A stretch of DNA of 64,000 bases from an uncultured Clostridia bacterium (GTDB lineage: Bacteria > Bacillota > Clostridia > TANB77 > CAG-508), in contig CALXFF010000002.1 in the NCBI GenBank assembly GCA_944387525.1, positions 8,954 to 72,953 of the forward strand. The letters run 5' to 3'. The notes beneath the pieces are model-generated. The model was given only the letters and a program-made list of their open reading frames with translations. It was not told the origin of the DNA and did not search any database. Below are positions 38,179-48,728 of the stretch, piece after piece (position 1 is the stretch's first letter; each line of letters opens with the position of its first letter). A program made the position numbers and the translations under genes.

Positions 38179-39192
38179 TTATTTTCTATTGACTATATAA
38201 TTCCAAGAATCTTTGCACATATCTTCTAAGTTCTTTTCTGCAACCCATCCTAGTTCTTCTTTAGCCTTTTTAGGGTCTGCGTAGCATGTTGCAATATCTC
38301 CAGCTCTTCTTGGTGCTATTTTATATGGTACTTGTTTTCCTGTCGCTTGTTCAAATGCTTTTACCATATCTAAAACACTATATCCTGTTCCAGTTCCTAA
38401 ATTATATATATATAATCCTTGTCCTTCTTTATCTATTTTTTCTAGTGCTTTAATATGTCCTTTAGCTAAGTCTACTACATGGATATAATCTCTAACACCT
38501 GTTCCATCTGGTGTGTCATAGTCATTACCAAAAACTGATAGTTCTTTTAATTCTCCATTTGCAACCCTTGCAACATATGGCATTAAGTTATTTGGTATTC
38601 CTTGTGGTTCTTCTCCAATTAGTCCACTCTCATGTGCTCCTACTGGATTGAAATATCTTAATATACATATATCCCATGTGTTATCTGATTTATATATATC
38701 TTTTAAAATTTGTTCAATAAATAATTTAGAAGTACCATATGGGTTTGTTGTTCCTCCAGTTCTACAGTCTTCTGTTAATGGTATTTTTTCTGGCTCTCCA
38801 TATACTGTTGCAGAAGAACTAAATATGAATTTTTTGCATCCATATTTCCTCATTGTATCTAATACTACTAATGCTCCTGAAATGTTATTTGTATAGTATT
38901 CAATTGGTTTTTCTACTGATTCTCCTACTGATTTATATCCTGCAAAATTTATTACTGCATCTATTTTATTTTCTTCAAATACTTTTTCTAGTTTTTCTCT
39001 GTCCATGTAATCCATTTCATAAAATTTAAAATCTTTTCCTGTTATTTTTTTGATTGCATCTAGTACTTTTGGATTGCTATTTGAAAAATTGTCTATTATT
39101 ACTATTTCATATCCTTTTTTTAATAATTCTATTGCAGTGTGACTTCCTATATATCCTGCTCCTCCTGGTAATAAAATTGCCATAATTATCAT
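38179..39192 (-). CDS. galE: UDP-glucose 4-epimerase
   Basis: GGAGYIGSH NAD-binding and YFNPVGAH motifs. Confidence 0.9.
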   Translation of the reverse strand: MIIMAILLPGGAGYIGSHTAIELLKKGYEIVIIDNFSNSNPKVLDAIKKITGKDFKFYEMDYMDREKLEKVFEENKIDAVINFAGYKSVGESVEKPIEYYTNNISGALVVLDTMRKYGCKKFIFSSSATVYGEPEKIPLTEDCRTGGTTNPYGTSKLFIEQILKDIYKSDNTWDICILRYFNPVGAHESGLIGEEPQGIPNNLMPYVARVANGELKELSVFGNDYDTPDGTGVRDYIHVVDLAKGHIKALEKIDKEGQGLYIYNLGTGTGYSVLDMVKAFEQATGKQVPYKIAPRRAGDIATCYADPKKAKEELGWVAEKNLEDMCKDSWNYIVNRK

Positions 39193-39391
39193 CTACCTTT
39201 CTTTCTTTTTCTTAAATATTATATTATATTAATTAGTATTTTACAAGTATCAATTAGGAATTTTTAAATCTGTCAACATAATTTGACTTTTGATTGAAAT
39301 TCTGCTACAATTACTTCATGTTAGACTAAATGGTCTACATAGTATCTCTTCTTCAGGAGATAATACATAATATTAAAGGAGGTACTGCATA

Positions 39392-39760
39392 ATGAAAGTA
39401 CGGTATAATTTAAAAAAGTGGGAAAGTCTCACAGGTTTAGCTCGAAATTTGAGCTATAATCAGGTTTATTCTGTAAAGAAATTAGAAATTCATAATTCTC
39501 TTGCAGAATATACTCTTGAAGGTGTCGAAGGAAGTTATCCATCTTCGTGGTTTGAAGATGAAAAGGAGGTTTTCTTAGCAAATACTTCTGAATCCGATGT
39601 TCCAAGTATTGGAGAGTTTTTATTACATTTTAGGGTTCTTAAAGACAGAAACTGGGTTACTGAAATAAAAAGTGGAGAAATCTTAGATGTAATCCCAATT
39701 TCAAAGAAAATTTTCAGAGTAGAAACGGCTGAAGCAGTTTATATTTTGGAAATTTCTTAA
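39392..39760 (+). CDS. Hypothetical protein (122 aa)
   Basis: AAGGAGG RBS and a downstream terminator. Confidence 0.5.
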   Translation: MKVRYNLKKWESLTGLARNLSYNQVYSVKKLEIHNSLAEYTLEGVEGSYPSSWFEDEKEVFLANTSESDVPSIGEFLLHFRVLKDRNWVTEIKSGEILDVIPISKKIFRVETAEAVYILEIS

Positions 39761-39770
39761 GTACTTTCAT

Positions 39771-39797
39771 AAAAAAAGCTCCTCTCTGGAGCTTTTT
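39771..39797. terminator. Bidirectional terminator AAAAAAAGCTCCtctctGGAGCTTTTTT
   Basis: Perfect 7-bp GC-rich stem flanked by A and T runs. Confidence 0.75.
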
Positions 39798-39875
39798 TCA
39801 TTTTAACATCCATTATATCTAAGTGTTCAACTCTACTTGTTAATAATTGAATTTCACCTACTAGCTATTATTTAC

Positions 39876-41273
39876 TTAACATTTACTTATACTCATTCCA
39901 TCCTTTGTGTCTTTTACTTCATAACCTTTTTCTTTTATCAAATCCCTTAATCTATCAGATTCAGCCCAATTTTTTTCTTGTCTTGCAATTTTTCTTTGTT
40001 CCATTAAATCTAATATCTCTTGAGGAATTTCAACTTCTTCTTGTTCAGGTGCTTTATCAATTTTTAGTCCCAAAACTGTATCAAATTGTAATAGTAAATC
40101 TGCAACTTCTTGAGATTTCTTATTATATCTTACTGCTTCCCATACATAACTCATGGCAAGTGGCATATTCATGTCATCATTTATTGCCTCATGGAAATTA
40201 TGCTCTATTTCTTCTAATTTTTTTCTATCTTTTTTGTCTAATTTGTCTTTTCCTTCTTTATGTATTTTATATCCATTTCTAAGTCTTTCTAATGATTTAG
40301 ATGTTGCTTCCATACCTTCCCATGTAAAGTTTAATTTTATTCTATAACTACATGAATAGCATAAAAGTTTATATACTATTGGGTCATATCCTCTGTCTTT
40401 TATATCTTTTATTAAATAAACATTTCCTAAGCTTTTTGACATTTTTCCGCCATTAATTAGTAAATATTCTCCATGCAACCAATAATTTGCAGGTATTTTT
40501 CCACATGCTCCTTTACTCTGTGCAATTTCATTTTCGTGGTGTGTTGGTATTAAATCAATTCCGCCTGTATGAATATCAAATTGTTCCCCTAAATATTTTT
40601 GTCCCATTGCACTACATTCAATATGCCAACCTGGATAACTTGGCCCCCATGGGCTATCCCATTTCATCAAATGATTTTCTGGTGCTTTTATCCATAAAGC
40701 AAAATCATATGGATTTCTCTTTTCTGGGTCTACATTTACTCTTGCACCTGCTTTTTGCTCTTCTATATCTAAATTTGACAATATTGGATATTTGTCTAAT
40801 TTTGATATATCAAAATATATTGCTGTTGATGTTTCATATGCATATCCATTTTCCATTAATTTTTTTACATATTTTAACATCTCTGGTATATGGTCTGTTG
40901 CTTTACAAATTATTTCAGGAGTTTCTATATTTAAGTCTTTTAAGTCTTGGAAGAATAGTTTTGTGTAATGTTCAGCGATTTCTAAAGGTGTTTTGTGTTC
41001 TTCTTTAGCAGATTTTATCATTTTGTCTTCACCTTCGTCACCGTCTGAAACTAGGTGTCCTACATCTGTTATGTTCATTACATGTTTGATTTTGTATCCA
41101 TTGTATTTTAAAACTCTTCTTAGTACATCTTGAAATATGTTTGTTCTCATATTTCCTATTGTTGCATCTTTGTATACCGTTGGTCCACAAGAATAAATTC
41201 TTACCTCATTTTTGTCAATTGGTATAAATTTGTCTTTTTGTCTAGTTAGAGTATTATAAAAATATATATCCAA
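39876..41273 (-). CDS. cysS: Cysteine--tRNA ligase
   Basis: CGPTVY...HIGN and KMSKSLGN class I motifs. Confidence 0.9.
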   Translation of the reverse strand: MDIYFYNTLTRQKDKFIPIDKNEVRIYSCGPTVYKDATIGNMRTNIFQDVLRRVLKYNGYKIKHVMNITDVGHLVSDGDEGEDKMIKSAKEEHKTPLEIAEHYTKLFFQDLKDLNIETPEIICKATDHIPEMLKYVKKLMENGYAYETSTAIYFDISKLDKYPILSNLDIEEQKAGARVNVDPEKRNPYDFALWIKAPENHLMKWDSPWGPSYPGWHIECSAMGQKYLGEQFDIHTGGIDLIPTHHENEIAQSKGACGKIPANYWLHGEYLLINGGKMSKSLGNVYLIKDIKDRGYDPIVYKLLCYSCSYRIKLNFTWEGMEATSKSLERLRNGYKIHKEGKDKLDKKDRKKLEEIEHNFHEAINDDMNMPLAMSYVWEAVRYNKKSQEVADLLLQFDTVLGLKIDKAPEQEEVEIPQEILDLMEQRKIARQEKNWAESDRLRDLIKEKGYEVKDTKDGMSISKC

Positions 41274-41361
41274 TAATTTCTCACCTCTTTAATATTTTAA
41301 ATTAAGATGTTCTATAATTCTTATATTACTAAAATTTTATTATAGAACATCTTTCTCTTTT

Positions 41362-44028
41362 TTAATTTGTATTAGTTGTATTATCCGATGTGTTTGTTGT
41401 ATCACTTGGTGGTGTGACATTTGTTGTATTATCTGTATTATTTGTGTTTGAAGTATTTGATGTATTACTTGTATTATTTGTATTTGATGTTATCGCATTT
41501 CCTATATTGCTTGTGTTTGTATTTGTGTTTTGTACTGGTTCTTCAGCTGGTTTTGGTTCTGTATGCAATGTACAAACTTCATTTATTTTTGTTCCACTAC
41601 TAGATTTTTTTCCACCTACTGGCGTCCATAAATTTAATTGTTCTTTTGGTACAACTGCTCCAAAATAATTTGTTGTAACTGCACAGTATTGTGAACAATA
41701 TGCTGTTGCAACTTTACCAGATTCTGAACAAATTTGTTGACTTCCATGTCCTTGACATTTTTCTGGTAGATTGTTTGATGCAAATATTTCTTTATATGTT
41801 TCTGTACATCCTGTTGTTGCTAAACAGCCTGTTCTTTTACATACTGTTTGTTCTACTATACCACTTGGTTTTGTAAATGATGCACTTGCTAAACCTTTAT
41901 GAATGTCTGTCATAACTGCATCCCAAATTTGTCCTGCTGGGTTTTGAGTAAATCCTCTTACCTCTTCATTTCTATCATATCCAAACCATGTTGCTGCTGC
42001 ATAATATGGTGTAAATCCACATAGCCATCTATCATAACTTTCGTCTGTTGTTCCAGTTTTTGCTGCAACATCAATTCCTGAAATTGCACAATATTTAGCT
42101 GTACCATTACTTGCTGTTACAGGCTCTTGTGTAATTGATTTTACTAAATATGCTGTTTGTTCTGAGAATACTCTTGTTTCTTCTTGTTTTGGTGTTAAAA
42201 CTGTATTTCCACTTGAGTCTACAACTTTAGTGTAGAAAGTTGGTGTGATATATACTCCATCATTTGCAATTGTTCCATATGCTGCTGCCATTTCTAATGG
42301 GCTTGATCCATTGCTAGTACCTCCAATTGCTAATGATAACACATTATCAGCTTCTTTAGTTAAAGATGTCATTCCCATTTTATTTAAATATTCTAATGAT
42401 TTTGCTGGTGTTAGCTCTTTCATTATTTTCAAGGCTGGAATATTATGTGATACTGCAATAAATTGTCTAATATTTATAAGTCCATCATAATCATCACCTT
42501 CATTTTTAGGTTCATAGTCTCCACCAAAGTTTGTTTTTACATCATCATATACTGTTGCTGGTGTAATTATTCCTTCTTCTAGTGCTGGTGCAACATCTGC
42601 GATTGGTTTTATAGCTGACCCTTGTTGTCTTCTCATTTGTGTTGCTCTATTCCATCCAGATGCTTCTTTTTCTCCTAATCCTCCTGCTATTCCCACTACA
42701 TATCCTGTTTTATAGTCTATTATTGCCATTCCTGATTGTGTATGATCATTTATTAAGTTTCCATCTTTGTCTTTATCTCTTCCTGATTTTATATATTTGT
42801 CTTTTAAATATTCTTCTTCTAGTCTAGTTTGAATACTTGTATCTACTGTTGAATAAATTGTTAATCCACTACTATATACATAGTTTTCTGCGATTTGTCT
42901 TGATACTCCTCTTTCTTCCATTACTTGATTTATTACTTGGTCTAGGACTGCATCTGTGTGATATGAATAATCACTACCATTTGAAATTTGACCTTTTTGG
43001 AAGTTTAGCCCATTATCTACTTCTGCAATTGCTGCATTATATTCTTCATCACTATTTATATATCCTAATTCTTTCATCTTATTCAAAACTGTCTTAGTTT
43101 TATCTTTTATTTTCTGTGTATTGTCTGTTGATGTGTCAAATGGATTATATGACATAGGTGAACTGTTTATTCCTGCCATATATGCACATTCCGCTAATGT
43201 TAAATCCTTCGCAGATTTATTAAAATAGTATTCTGCTCCAAGTTCAACACCATGCAAGTTTCCTTCTCCACCAACAAATAAAATATTTAGGTATAACTCT
43301 AAGATTTGGTCTTTTGATATCATTCTTTCAACCTGATATGCTTTTGCCCATTCTCTTACTTTTCTGAAAATTCCAGCTAATCCTTCTGACTCGTCATCAT
43401 CAGTTATATTCTTTACTAATTGCTGTGTTATTGTACTTCCGCCATAGCTTGAACTTCCTCTAAATATTGTATTTAATATTGCTCCTGCTGTTCTTTTTAT
43501 ATCTACTCCACTATGTTCATAAAATCTCTCGTCTTCTATCGCTACATATGCTTTTGGTAGGTATTCTGCCATATCTTCAAGAGATATTATTTTTCTTTTT
43601 TCATCTCCACTCAAATTTGCAAGTACCGCACCATTTGAGTCTACTACAACTGAGTTTGAAATTCCTATTTGAAGTTCTTCTTTTGTTATCTCAAAATCGT
43701 CTCCAAATAGTCCAAAGAATATTCCAGCAACTACTCCTGCTCCAATAACACATAGTAATAAGAATAGAATAATCATTATTTTAATAAACATCATTAATTT
43801 AGGATGTCTTGCTGAAAATTTATCCTTTTTACCTTTTTTACTATTTCCTTTTTTGCCATTTGTTCCATTGCCTTTTTTAGGTACTGGTTTCTTACCTGTT
43901 GGTACTCTTTTGGTTTGCTCATTATTAGTACTTCTTTTTGCAGTTTTTCTTTTTCTATTTTGTGGTCTATATTTTCTTGTCTGTTCACTATCATGTTCTC
44001 TATTTCTTCTATTATTATCACTTGGCAT
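41362..44028 (-). CDS. Class A penicillin-binding protein (bifunctional glycosyltransferase/transpeptidase, PBP1A-like) with a basic N-terminal tail and a Thr/Asn-rich C-terminal low-complexity tail
   Basis: GT51 motifs (EDERFYEHSGVD, RQ..TITQQ) and transpeptidase motifs SAIKP and KTGTT. 888 aa. Confidence 0.9.
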   Translation of the reverse strand: MPSDNNRRNREHDSEQTRKYRPQNRKRKTAKRSTNNEQTKRVPTGKKPVPKKGNGTNGKKGNSKKGKKDKFSARHPKLMMFIKIMIILFLLLCVIGAGVVAGIFFGLFGDDFEITKEELQIGISNSVVVDSNGAVLANLSGDEKRKIISLEDMAEYLPKAYVAIEDERFYEHSGVDIKRTAGAILNTIFRGSSSYGGSTITQQLVKNITDDDESEGLAGIFRKVREWAKAYQVERMISKDQILELYLNILFVGGEGNLHGVELGAEYYFNKSAKDLTLAECAYMAGINSSPMSYNPFDTSTDNTQKIKDKTKTVLNKMKELGYINSDEEYNAAIAEVDNGLNFQKGQISNGSDYSYHTDAVLDQVINQVMEERGVSRQIAENYVYSSGLTIYSTVDTSIQTRLEEEYLKDKYIKSGRDKDKDGNLINDHTQSGMAIIDYKTGYVVGIAGGLGEKEASGWNRATQMRRQQGSAIKPIADVAPALEEGIITPATVYDDVKTNFGGDYEPKNEGDDYDGLINIRQFIAVSHNIPALKIMKELTPAKSLEYLNKMGMTSLTKEADNVLSLAIGGTSNGSSPLEMAAAYGTIANDGVYITPTFYTKVVDSSGNTVLTPKQEETRVFSEQTAYLVKSITQEPVTASNGTAKYCAISGIDVAAKTGTTDESYDRWLCGFTPYYAAATWFGYDRNEEVRGFTQNPAGQIWDAVMTDIHKGLASASFTKPSGIVEQTVCKRTGCLATTGCTETYKEIFASNNLPEKCQGHGSQQICSESGKVATAYCSQYCAVTTNYFGAVVPKEQLNLWTPVGGKKSSSGTKINEVCTLHTEPKPAEEPVQNTNTNTSNIGNAITSNTNNTSNTSNTSNTNNTDNTTNVTPPSDTTNTSDNTTNTN

Positions 44029-44135
44029 TTTAGTACCTCCTTGCCAATTTAAAATTTAACATTTACATTATATTATAAAATTCATAAAAAGAAAAGGTTT
44101 TGAGGTGAAATTTATGAAATATTAATATTTCAATA

Positions 44136-45032
44136 TTACAGCAATTTAGTAATTTTCACTTTATCTTTTCTAATTTTATTCATAATGTTCTCAATCGGTT
44201 GTTGTTTATAGATATAAGCCTCATAAATATTTTTCTTATAATATATGTTTTCTTTATCAAAGTCAAATTCTTCTAAATTTTCATATTTTATTTCATAGTC
44301 ATTATAAATTTTCCCTTCAAATCTTTTTTGATTAATTTTTATATTTCCTCTTATATTAATTATGCTTGCTTTTTCAGCAATTCTATATTTGTTAATTAAT
44401 TCATTTGGAAAATCTAAATTTAATATAATATCTGATTTTGTTAAGCTTTTTTTCTTATTGTTATTTACGGTAATCATTATTCCATACTCTTCTAAAATTT
44501 GTTCTTCTAATTTCTTAAATTTTTCCATATGATTAGTAACTATGTTTATGTTTTTATATTTTTTGATTATTTGATTTATAGTTTCTAAAGTAATATCATC
44601 TATCTCATTTGTTAATACAGATATTTTTATCTTTTCTGATGTCATATTATTCTTCTTCACAATATAGTTTATTGCATCAAATGCTAGTACTTTAAAAAGC
44701 CATCTTCCATCACTTATTTCAAATCTATATGTATATAATTGATTACAGAATATCTCTTTTTCTTGCATTTGCTTGCTCAAAATTACTTTTTTGCAATGCG
44801 TTTTATCTAAAATTTTCTTAGTTTTTTTAGCAATTAGAATTTCTTGTTTTGCAATCTTATTTTCTAATTTTAAGTCTTTTTCTTTGTTTTTTATTTCTTT
44901 TTGCTTGTTTTTTTCCTTTGCCTCGAGAAACATTGGTAATATTATTTTATCTTTTTCTAATTTTGGAATTAATAATAATTGAGATAACATTTTAGGCTTG
45001 TCAGTTTCTTGGATAAAATACACTAAAATCAC
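44136..45032 (-). CDS. Hypothetical Lys-rich protein (298 aa)
   Basis: ORF only. Occupies the position usually held by ribF after truB. Confidence 0.4.
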   Translation of the reverse strand: MILVYFIQETDKPKMLSQLLLIPKLEKDKIILPMFLEAKEKNKQKEIKNKEKDLKLENKIAKQEILIAKKTKKILDKTHCKKVILSKQMQEKEIFCNQLYTYRFEISDGRWLFKVLAFDAINYIVKKNNMTSEKIKISVLTNEIDDITLETINQIIKKYKNINIVTNHMEKFKKLEEQILEEYGIMITVNNNKKKSLTKSDIILNLDFPNELINKYRIAEKASIINIRGNIKINQKRFEGKIYNDYEIKYENLEEFDFDKENIYYKKNIYEAYIYKQQPIENIMNKIRKDKVKITKLL

Positions 45033-45093
45033 TCCTCATATACTTTTATTCAAATATATGTGAGTGATTTTCATTATATTACTATTTAGTGTT

Positions 45094-45973
45094 TTAGATT
45101 ATAATATCTCTTTTTAATAGATTGTCTTTTATAATTCCTATTCCGATAAAATTTTTATTGTTGTATATTTTGTATGTTCCATCAGGTTTGTTTTGTGTTA
45201 ATTTTACACCATTTAAAAATAATTCTAGTTTTCTGTTATTTAATTCAATATTCTCCTTTTCTTTGAATAATTGTTCTACTGTAATTAAGTTTTTGCTAAT
45301 AATATTTTTTAATTTCTTTTCTTCTTGATTTTTTGGCTCTTCAATTGAAATAGAATTTGATATATTAAATTGTCCTACTTGTGTTCTATTTAAGTTTAAC
45401 ATATATCCGTACTGTTCCTAATTTTTTTGCTATGTCTTCACATAGACTCCTTATATATGTACCTTTAGAACAACTAACTTCAAAACTTATAACTTTATTT
45501 GTTTTATCAACATTTTTTAATTCTATTTTATATATTTCAATATTTCTTGGCTCTATTTCTATTTTTTCACCTTTTCTAGCATATTCATATAGTTTTTTTC
45601 CTTTTACTTTTATTGCTGAATATATTGGCGGCATTTGAGTTTGCTTTCCTAAAAATGAATTCAAAATTTCTTTTATTGTTTCTTCTTTTAATGCTTCTTC
45701 TGGTACTTCTTTTTCTTCTATTATTTTTCCTTCACTATCTGCTGTCTTAGTTTTTATTCCTAATTTTAGTTCTACCTGATATGTTTTGTCATGGTTTATT
45801 AGGTATTTTGAGCACAGTGTTCCTTTTCCTATTAGTATTGGCAATACTCCTGTTGCTAGTGGATCTAATGTTCCTGTGTGTCCGACTTTTTCACCTGTTG
45901 CTTTTTTTATTTTATATACTATATCATGTGAGGTATAGTTTTTTGGTTTATTTATTATTATTATTCCATCCAT
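45094..45973 (-). pseudogene. truB: tRNA pseudouridine(55) synthase TruB, interrupted by a frameshift near 45408 (catalytic part 45386..45973 + PUA-like C-terminal part 45094..45402)
   Basis: N-terminal GHTGTLDPLATGVLP catalytic motif. The 5' frame ends ...KKLGTVRIYVKLK*. The overlapping +1 frame continues GYMLNLNRTQVGQF (TruB-typical L.RT.VG.F), then the PUA-like YKIYNNKNFIGIG. A single extra or missing base near ggaacagtaCggatatatg restores one ORF of ~297 aa. Confidence 0.6.
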
Positions 45974-45995
45974 CTTGAATCTCTTTCTTTTTATA

Positions 45996-46124
45996 TTATA
46001 GTTCATCAAATTTGTTATCTAAGTCTTTTAATAATTTTATATATTTTTCTTTGATTTTTACATATATTTCTCTTGGACTTCCTGTTTTTTCTACAACTCC
46101 TGTATATTCTAAATAGTCTTTCAT
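45996..46124 (-). CDS. Small ORF (42 aa, MKDYLEYTGVVEKTGSPREIYVKIKEKYIKLLKDLDNKFDEL) immediately upstream of truB
   Basis: Hand-translated. Ends 22 nt before the truB ATG. No convincing RBS seen. Confidence 0.25.
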   Translation of the reverse strand: MKDYLEYTGVVEKTGSPREIYVKIKEKYIKLLKDLDNKFDEL

Positions 46125-46329
46125 GGATTTCCATGCTAATTCAAATGTAAATTCAAATTAATTCTCCTACTTTCTATTCCTGCTAGAATTATATATTAGA
46201 AAAAATAAGAAGTCAATAAATTTTTCTTGTATTATATTACGATATATGCTATAATTTTTCATGTTGTTTAGCTATTATATATAGCAATTAGCACATATTC
46301 TCATATAACAAATGTAAGGAAGAAAACTT

Positions 46330-46752
46330 ATGAAGAATAATAGGCTAAAACTTTTTATTAAAAACAAATTCTATCGGTACTTTATCTTAGACTCATTAAA
46401 GCTTGATTTTTTGAGATTACCCGGTATACGAACACTACATGCCTATTATATGGTATGTAAAGAAAGAAATTTAGATAATTGGGAAAAGCATGTAAAATAT
46501 AGAAATGCTATAAATAGATCAAATAAATTCCAATTTTATCTAGATTTAGTGTGTTTAAATGCATCAATAGAATCTAAAAATGCAAGCATGGAATGGTTTT
46601 GTGAATCAAAAGAAAAGGTTTTATCTAATAATTATATTAAAGAATCCTCTTTAAGAGATTTTAAAATCTGGGTTGAAAACCTTAAATTTGATGAAACAGA
46701 CCTTTCACCACTAAAAAAAGTTTTAGACAATTTAAAATCAGAACTTTTATAG
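46330..46752 (+). CDS. Hypothetical protein (140 aa) on the opposite strand inside the infB-truB operon
   Basis: AAGGAAG RBS. No recognisable motif. Confidence 0.4.
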   Translation: MKNNRLKLFIKNKFYRYFILDSLKLDFLRLPGIRTLHAYYMVCKERNLDNWEKHVKYRNAINRSNKFQFYLDLVCLNASIESKNASMEWFCESKEKVLSNNYIKESSLRDFKIWVENLKFDETDLSPLKKVLDNLKSELL

Positions 46753-46798
46753 TTTTTAAAAGACATATGAAAATACAATTATCTTCATATGTCTTTTA

Positions 46799-47752
46799 CT
46801 ATTTTAAAGCTTTCCTTACTTCTTTCATTACTTTTTCTTTTACTTGTTCTACATTTCCTTGTATTAAAGCACCTGCAGCTCTTGGGTGGCCTCCACCACC
46901 AAATAAGAAACAAATATCAGAAACATTAACTTTATTTCCTGAACGCATAGAAATTTTATATGCTTCCTCATTTTCCTTTTGCCTAATAAAGATTGAAACT
47001 TCTACACCTTCTATGTCTCTACCAATTTCAACTAATCCTTCATGGTCTCCAGGCTCTGCACCTACTTCTTCTTCATCTTTTTTATTCATATATGTGAAAG
47101 TAACTTTGCCATCTTCTAAAATTTCCATCCTATCCATAACTCTTTTAGATAGTTCAAAATTAGCTCTGGTCTTAGTGTTTAATGTTCTTTTATATATATC
47201 TGGCACATCTACACCTAATCTAATCAAATCTGCTGTGAATTCAAAAGTTTCTGGTGTTATTCCCACATGTCTAAATCCTCCTGTATCAGTTATAATTCCT
47301 GTCATTAAGCATGTTCCAATATCTTTTGTTATATCAATTTCATAATATTTTAACATTCCAGCTATAACTTCACAGCAAGCTGGTGATGCTGGATTAACAT
47401 AGTTTAAATCTCCATACATTGTGTTGCTTCCATGGTGGTCTATAACTATTGTTGTTTTTGCATTTTCAAAATATTCTTTTTTTGCCATTCTTTTTAAAGT
47501 TGCACAATCTACTGATATGGCTAAATCATAATTTTTTATTTCAGAGTCTGTCATTATAGCTTCTGCTGATGGCAAAAAATTAAATAATCTTGAATATTCT
47601 GGTATTATTACATCTGCAGTTTTTTCTAATTTTTCTACGATTAATTTCATTGCTAAACTACTTCCTACTGCATCTCCATCTGGTGATTCATGTGTTAATA
47701 TTACTATTTTTTCTGCTTTTTGTATTTGTTTTAAAATTTCATCTAGAGTCAT
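46799..47752 (-). CDS. nrnA: DHH/DHHA1 phosphoesterase (NrnA-like oligoribonuclease / pAp phosphatase)
   Basis: DHH motifs (HESPDGDAVGSS, DHHGSN), C-terminal GGGH DHHA1 motif. Confidence 0.8.
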   Translation of the reverse strand: MTLDEILKQIQKAEKIVILTHESPDGDAVGSSLAMKLIVEKLEKTADVIIPEYSRLFNFLPSAEAIMTDSEIKNYDLAISVDCATLKRMAKKEYFENAKTTIVIDHHGSNTMYGDLNYVNPASPACCEVIAGMLKYYEIDITKDIGTCLMTGIITDTGGFRHVGITPETFEFTADLIRLGVDVPDIYKRTLNTKTRANFELSKRVMDRMEILEDGKVTFTYMNKKDEEEVGAEPGDHEGLVEIGRDIEGVEVSIFIRQKENEEAYKISMRSGNKVNVSDICFLFGGGGHPRAAGALIQGNVEQVKEKVMKEVRKALK

Positions 47753-47767
47753 ATTTTCAACCTCTCC

Positions 47768-48127
47768 TTAATCTTCCTTTTTAGGTAATATTTCCTTCAA
47801 AATACTATCAATTCTTGCACCATATTCAATTGAATCATCTAACTCAAATATTAATTCTGGTGTATTTCTCAAATTTACACTTCTTGCTAATTCGCTTCTA
47901 ATAAAACCTGAAGATTTCTTTAATCCAGCTAAAGTATCTTTAATATTTTTTGAATTTAGTATACTTACATATACTTTTGCATATTTTAAGTCATTAGTTA
48001 CTTTAACTTTTGTTACACTAATTAAACCTGTAACATTTGGATTTTTTAGTTTATAACTAATTATATTACTTATTTCTTTTCTATATTCTTCATCTATACG
48101 TCCTAGACGTGTTTGATTTTCTGGCAT
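47768..48127 (-). CDS. rbfA: Ribosome-binding factor A
   Basis: 119 aa, typical RbfA KH-like sequence, in the infB operon. Confidence 0.85.
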   Translation of the reverse strand: MPENQTRLGRIDEEYRKEISNIISYKLKNPNVTGLISVTKVKVTNDLKYAKVYVSILNSKNIKDTLAGLKKSSGFIRSELARSVNLRNTPELIFELDDSIEYGARIDSILKEILPKKED

Positions 48128-48142
48128 TTTAAAACCTCCTAA

Positions 48143-48340
48143 TTAATCATCTTCTCTGTCCCATCCCAATTTCATTTCTTGCTTATAGCCTTTATTTTTA
48201 CTCAATATTTGCTCTTTAACTCTTCTTTTATTTTCTTTTTCGCTTTTTTCTTTATCAACTTCACTATTTAGTCTCTTATAAAATTCTGCTCTTCTTACAT
48301 GTTTTGGTGGAACTGTTGGTTCTTCATTATTCTTCTTCAT
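48143..48340 (-). CDS. Hypothetical small basic protein (65 aa)
   Basis: ORF between infB and rbfA. Confidence 0.35.
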   Translation of the reverse strand: MKKNNEEPTVPPKHVRRAEFYKRLNSEVDKEKSEKENKRRVKEQILSKNKGYKQEMKLGWDREDD

Positions 48341-48361
48341 TTCAACACATCCTTTTTTATA

Positions 48362-48703
48362 CTAAAAATCTCTTTCATTTTCCTGTTGTTGTAATTTTAA
48401 GCCTATCTCATAACTAAGCATAGATTGTCTAGCACTTTCTATTAGTTTTATATCTCCAACATTAAGACTTTCTAAATATCTTTTTCGTAATTCTCGTCTA
48501 TTTTGAATTACTTCATTTTCATTTTCTGCTACTTCTCTTTCTGTTTGATTAATCTTTTTAATATTTCTTTTCAGCATTTTCCTTTCATGTCTTGTTTTAA
48601 AATAGATTCCATTTTTCTTCTCTTTTAATTTATTTTTTCTATTTCTTTTCTTCCTTTTTTCTATAATTTTTTTATTTTTTTGCAAATAATTTCCCAATTT
48701 CAA
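48362..48703 (-). CDS. Hypothetical Lys/Arg-rich protein (113 aa)
   Basis: ORF between infB and rbfA, the position of ylxP in Bacillus, but no DUF503-like sequence. Confidence 0.4.
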   Translation of the reverse strand: MKLGNYLQKNKKIIEKRKKRNRKNKLKEKKNGIYFKTRHERKMLKRNIKKINQTEREVAENENEVIQNRRELRKRYLESLNVGDIKLIESARQSMLSYEIGLKLQQQENERDF

Positions 48704-48728
48704 CTTCCTCTTTTTTTATAATACTCTA

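Noticed and set aside
39193-39391. T-box leaders upstream of argS or cysS, and the region upstream of galE
   Set aside because: No AGGGTGGNACCGCG T-box sequence or specifier/antiterminator arrangement was found. argS starts 21 nt after galE and cysS has only a short AT-rich leader.
41362-41560. Thr/Asn-rich low-complexity tail of the PBP, and the Asn-rich N-terminal region of IF-2, as separate features or repeats
   Set aside because: These are in-frame low-complexity extensions typical of AT-rich genomes, not independent elements.
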